In this document: positions 61,856 to 64,000 of the stretch, piece by piece
How positions within the stretch are numbered: position 1 is the stretch's first letter
Layout of the letters: each line of letters opens with the position of its first letter
Source: Saccostrea cucullata
Taxonomy: Eukaryota
Direction: 5' to 3'
Length of the DNA stretch: 64,000 nucleotides
NCBI RefSeq assembly: GCF_032062105.1
Contig: NW_026930361.1
Span: 248,001 to 312,000, forward strand
Position numbers and translations under genes: made by a program
The notes under the pieces: generated by a model
Told to the model about the DNA's origin: nothing
Databases searched by the model: none
What the model saw: only the letters and a program-made list of their open reading frames with translations

Positions 61856-62029
61856 ATAAGCTTTAGAAATTACAGGAAATGTTGAAAAGTCATTGTATAA
61901 AGTTAAAAGTAAGAGGTATGTTAATTATGGTCTAAGGAGCGATTGAATTCATATTGTAGTAAAAGGAAACTGATGGGTCCCATGTTATTTGGTAAGAAGA
62001 GACACATACATAAAGAACGGCGGCTTGTT

Positions 62030-62632
62030 CACTGAAAGAAAATTAACTAGTTAAAGTCACTAAGGAGACTAGTAAATTTACTGTCTATACAAGCACTACC
62101 TCGAACATAGTTTTACTAGGTATTGGATAAATTTACAAGATAACATTAGTAAATCTAGAATTTATAAATAACTTTCACTAGGTTATCTGATATCTTTACG
62201 ACCTCTGGTCCACGAGACAACTTCTAATCTCTATCTTAGCTTGTAAACAGAATTATTACTAATTGCGACGAACGCTTTGCGATGCACACTAGTTAAATCA
62301 ACTAGTGTAATTCCCAGTTAACCTTGGACTTTCAGTAAGGCGTGGCATTCTCGACGTTACATAATTAGCGTCTGAAATTTACTTGAAATATATATGGGAT
62401 AGAAATTCAGGCGAATCTCAGCGAGTGCAGCAATGATCCAATGGCGTTTCGTACGACAAAGAGGTGGGACTTAAGTTATCTCATCGTTGTCAACAACAAT
62501 TTAAAGATCTTGATGTTATTAATTTCTTAACTAATGAGAATCTATTCGCCATTTGACAGACGCTATAATTACGTAACGCCTTACTGAAAGTCCAAGGTTA
62601 AATGAGAATTTTACTAAGTTTTTCTTTCAGTG
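62030..62632. mobile_element. Non-autonomous TIR element with CACTG termini (CACTA/EnSpm-like)
   Basis: CACTGAAAGAAAA...TTTTCTTTCAGTG, an internal 24-bp inverted repeat AACCTTGGACTTTCAGTAAGGCGT (~62320 and ~62576), and ACTAG subrepeats. No clear TSD. Confidence 0.55.
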
Positions 62633-64000
62633 TCTGCGAGAAGTGGCCCCACGGACGCATTGATTTAATCCATCATCAGAAATAGGGGAATCGCAGTTTT
62701 GGACAAAATTTTGTTTTATTTTGCATGTCAAAAAATTATTTCCAGTTCAGACTTTTTAGTTAGCGTGTATCTAAGAAATTTTTTTAGATCCAATCAAACC
62801 GGTGATCAATGCTTCTTATTTTCGAATTGTCTGTCGGTAACTACCTCTTTATATTTCTATGCTGATTCAGATTTCATATGAAAACTGATAACATATAGCA
62901 ATTAATAAATTCTAAGCTAGACTGATAATGTACCCAGTATCCTCTGCACAGATCATCATTTCAGACGATGTACGTTAATAAATGAAAGAAATCACATAAA
63001 GGAATGACTGTACTTAATTAAAGTCATTCAAATTACACTGTAATTTGTAATTAATCTTTAAAAATGACATTTTTCTTTGAACAGATTTTGACATATCTTG
63101 ACTTAAATATGTTGTAAGACTAAGATCATTCACACATAAATATTATTTTTAAAAAAAAAAAAAAACGTGTTTGGAAAATTCTTTATTGAAACTACCAATT
63201 TCGGGACTCGTTTGATTAACATGCATCCTTGCACTTCTGCCACGGGGGAAACTTTGTCCTAACATTAAAGAAAAATGGAAAAGTTTCAGAGGTCCATTTG
63301 GCACCTATAACAAATTTCTTTGAAGGCAGTATGAATATTTGAATGTAACAGAAGCCCCCTCCCCCTTTTAAAAAATCTAACCCGCCATTATGTGCAGTAC
63401 TCGGGGACTTACAACATCGGAACGATGACCGATGATGCCGAGCGGTGTTTTTTTTTATCCTTTCAAAGAAACGATAAAACATATTCATTTACAAATTCGA
63501 GACAGAATATCTACACATCACTATAGTGTCCTCTACAATAATTTAAATTCTTCAACAATTATTGTCATATATACTTTTACTTTAAAATTTGAAATTTTTG
63601 TAGAGAACACCAGTTTTCCAGGTCCATAGGGCACATATTTTACTAATGAAGTCTTTACTATGAAGCTTACTCCGTAAACATATATTTTATATAAAACGTT
63701 GCACCACAGAGTGAATTTAGTACTGTACAAAGAAAAGGAAAGAGTAAAAATACAAATTAGTAGAAGTAAATTTAATAAAAAGACATCAGTATTGTAAAAA
63801 GTTAACAATACTTCTAAGGAGGCATTGGATTACATTTAACATAGATTAGCATTCTGTATACAATTAACAATACTTCTAATAACGCAGAACCACAACGAAC
63901 TTCAATGAACTGTTAGTATAACAAAAGTTCGTGTACTTTAAAACATTAACCATAGATGCAACCACTGCGGGTCTCCTTTTTCAACAGGCTGATTTTTGAT

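Overview
AT-rich, intron-containing animal DNA. The Helentron/HINE repeats with ~166-bp satellite arrays, the Steamer-like LTR element and the intron-rich ovoA point to a bivalve, most likely an oyster (inference). Genes built by hand from splice sites, left to right: two tandem copies of an orphan repeat-protein gene (-); SNRPA1/U2A' (+); an intronless SPRY-SOCS box gene (SPSB3-like, -); CCM2/malcavernin (+); ITGB1BP1/ICAP1 (-); TFIIS/TCEA (+, with a U12-type intron); and ovothiol synthase OvoA (-). Mobile DNA includes an intact Steamer-like Ty3/Gypsy element with identical LTRs, a small non-autonomous LTR element with a tRNA-Ala PBS, several HINEs, hAT MITEs with 8-bp TSDs, and TA-target MITEs. 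Main leads: (1) the two KRIT1-binding PTB genes CCM2 and ICAP1 are adjacent, tail to tail; (2) the duplicated orphan protein has three exon-triplet repeats, each with a W-x-x-E-V-E motif resembling the SLIP1/MIF4GD-binding motif; (3) OvoA has intact sulfoxide-synthase motifs but an atypical methyltransferase domain, and its promoter holds a perfect ERE, a RORE and twin E-boxes; (4) a minisatellite built from an ICAP1 exon end repeats the splice donor many times. Gene identities rest on remembered family motifs, not database searches.
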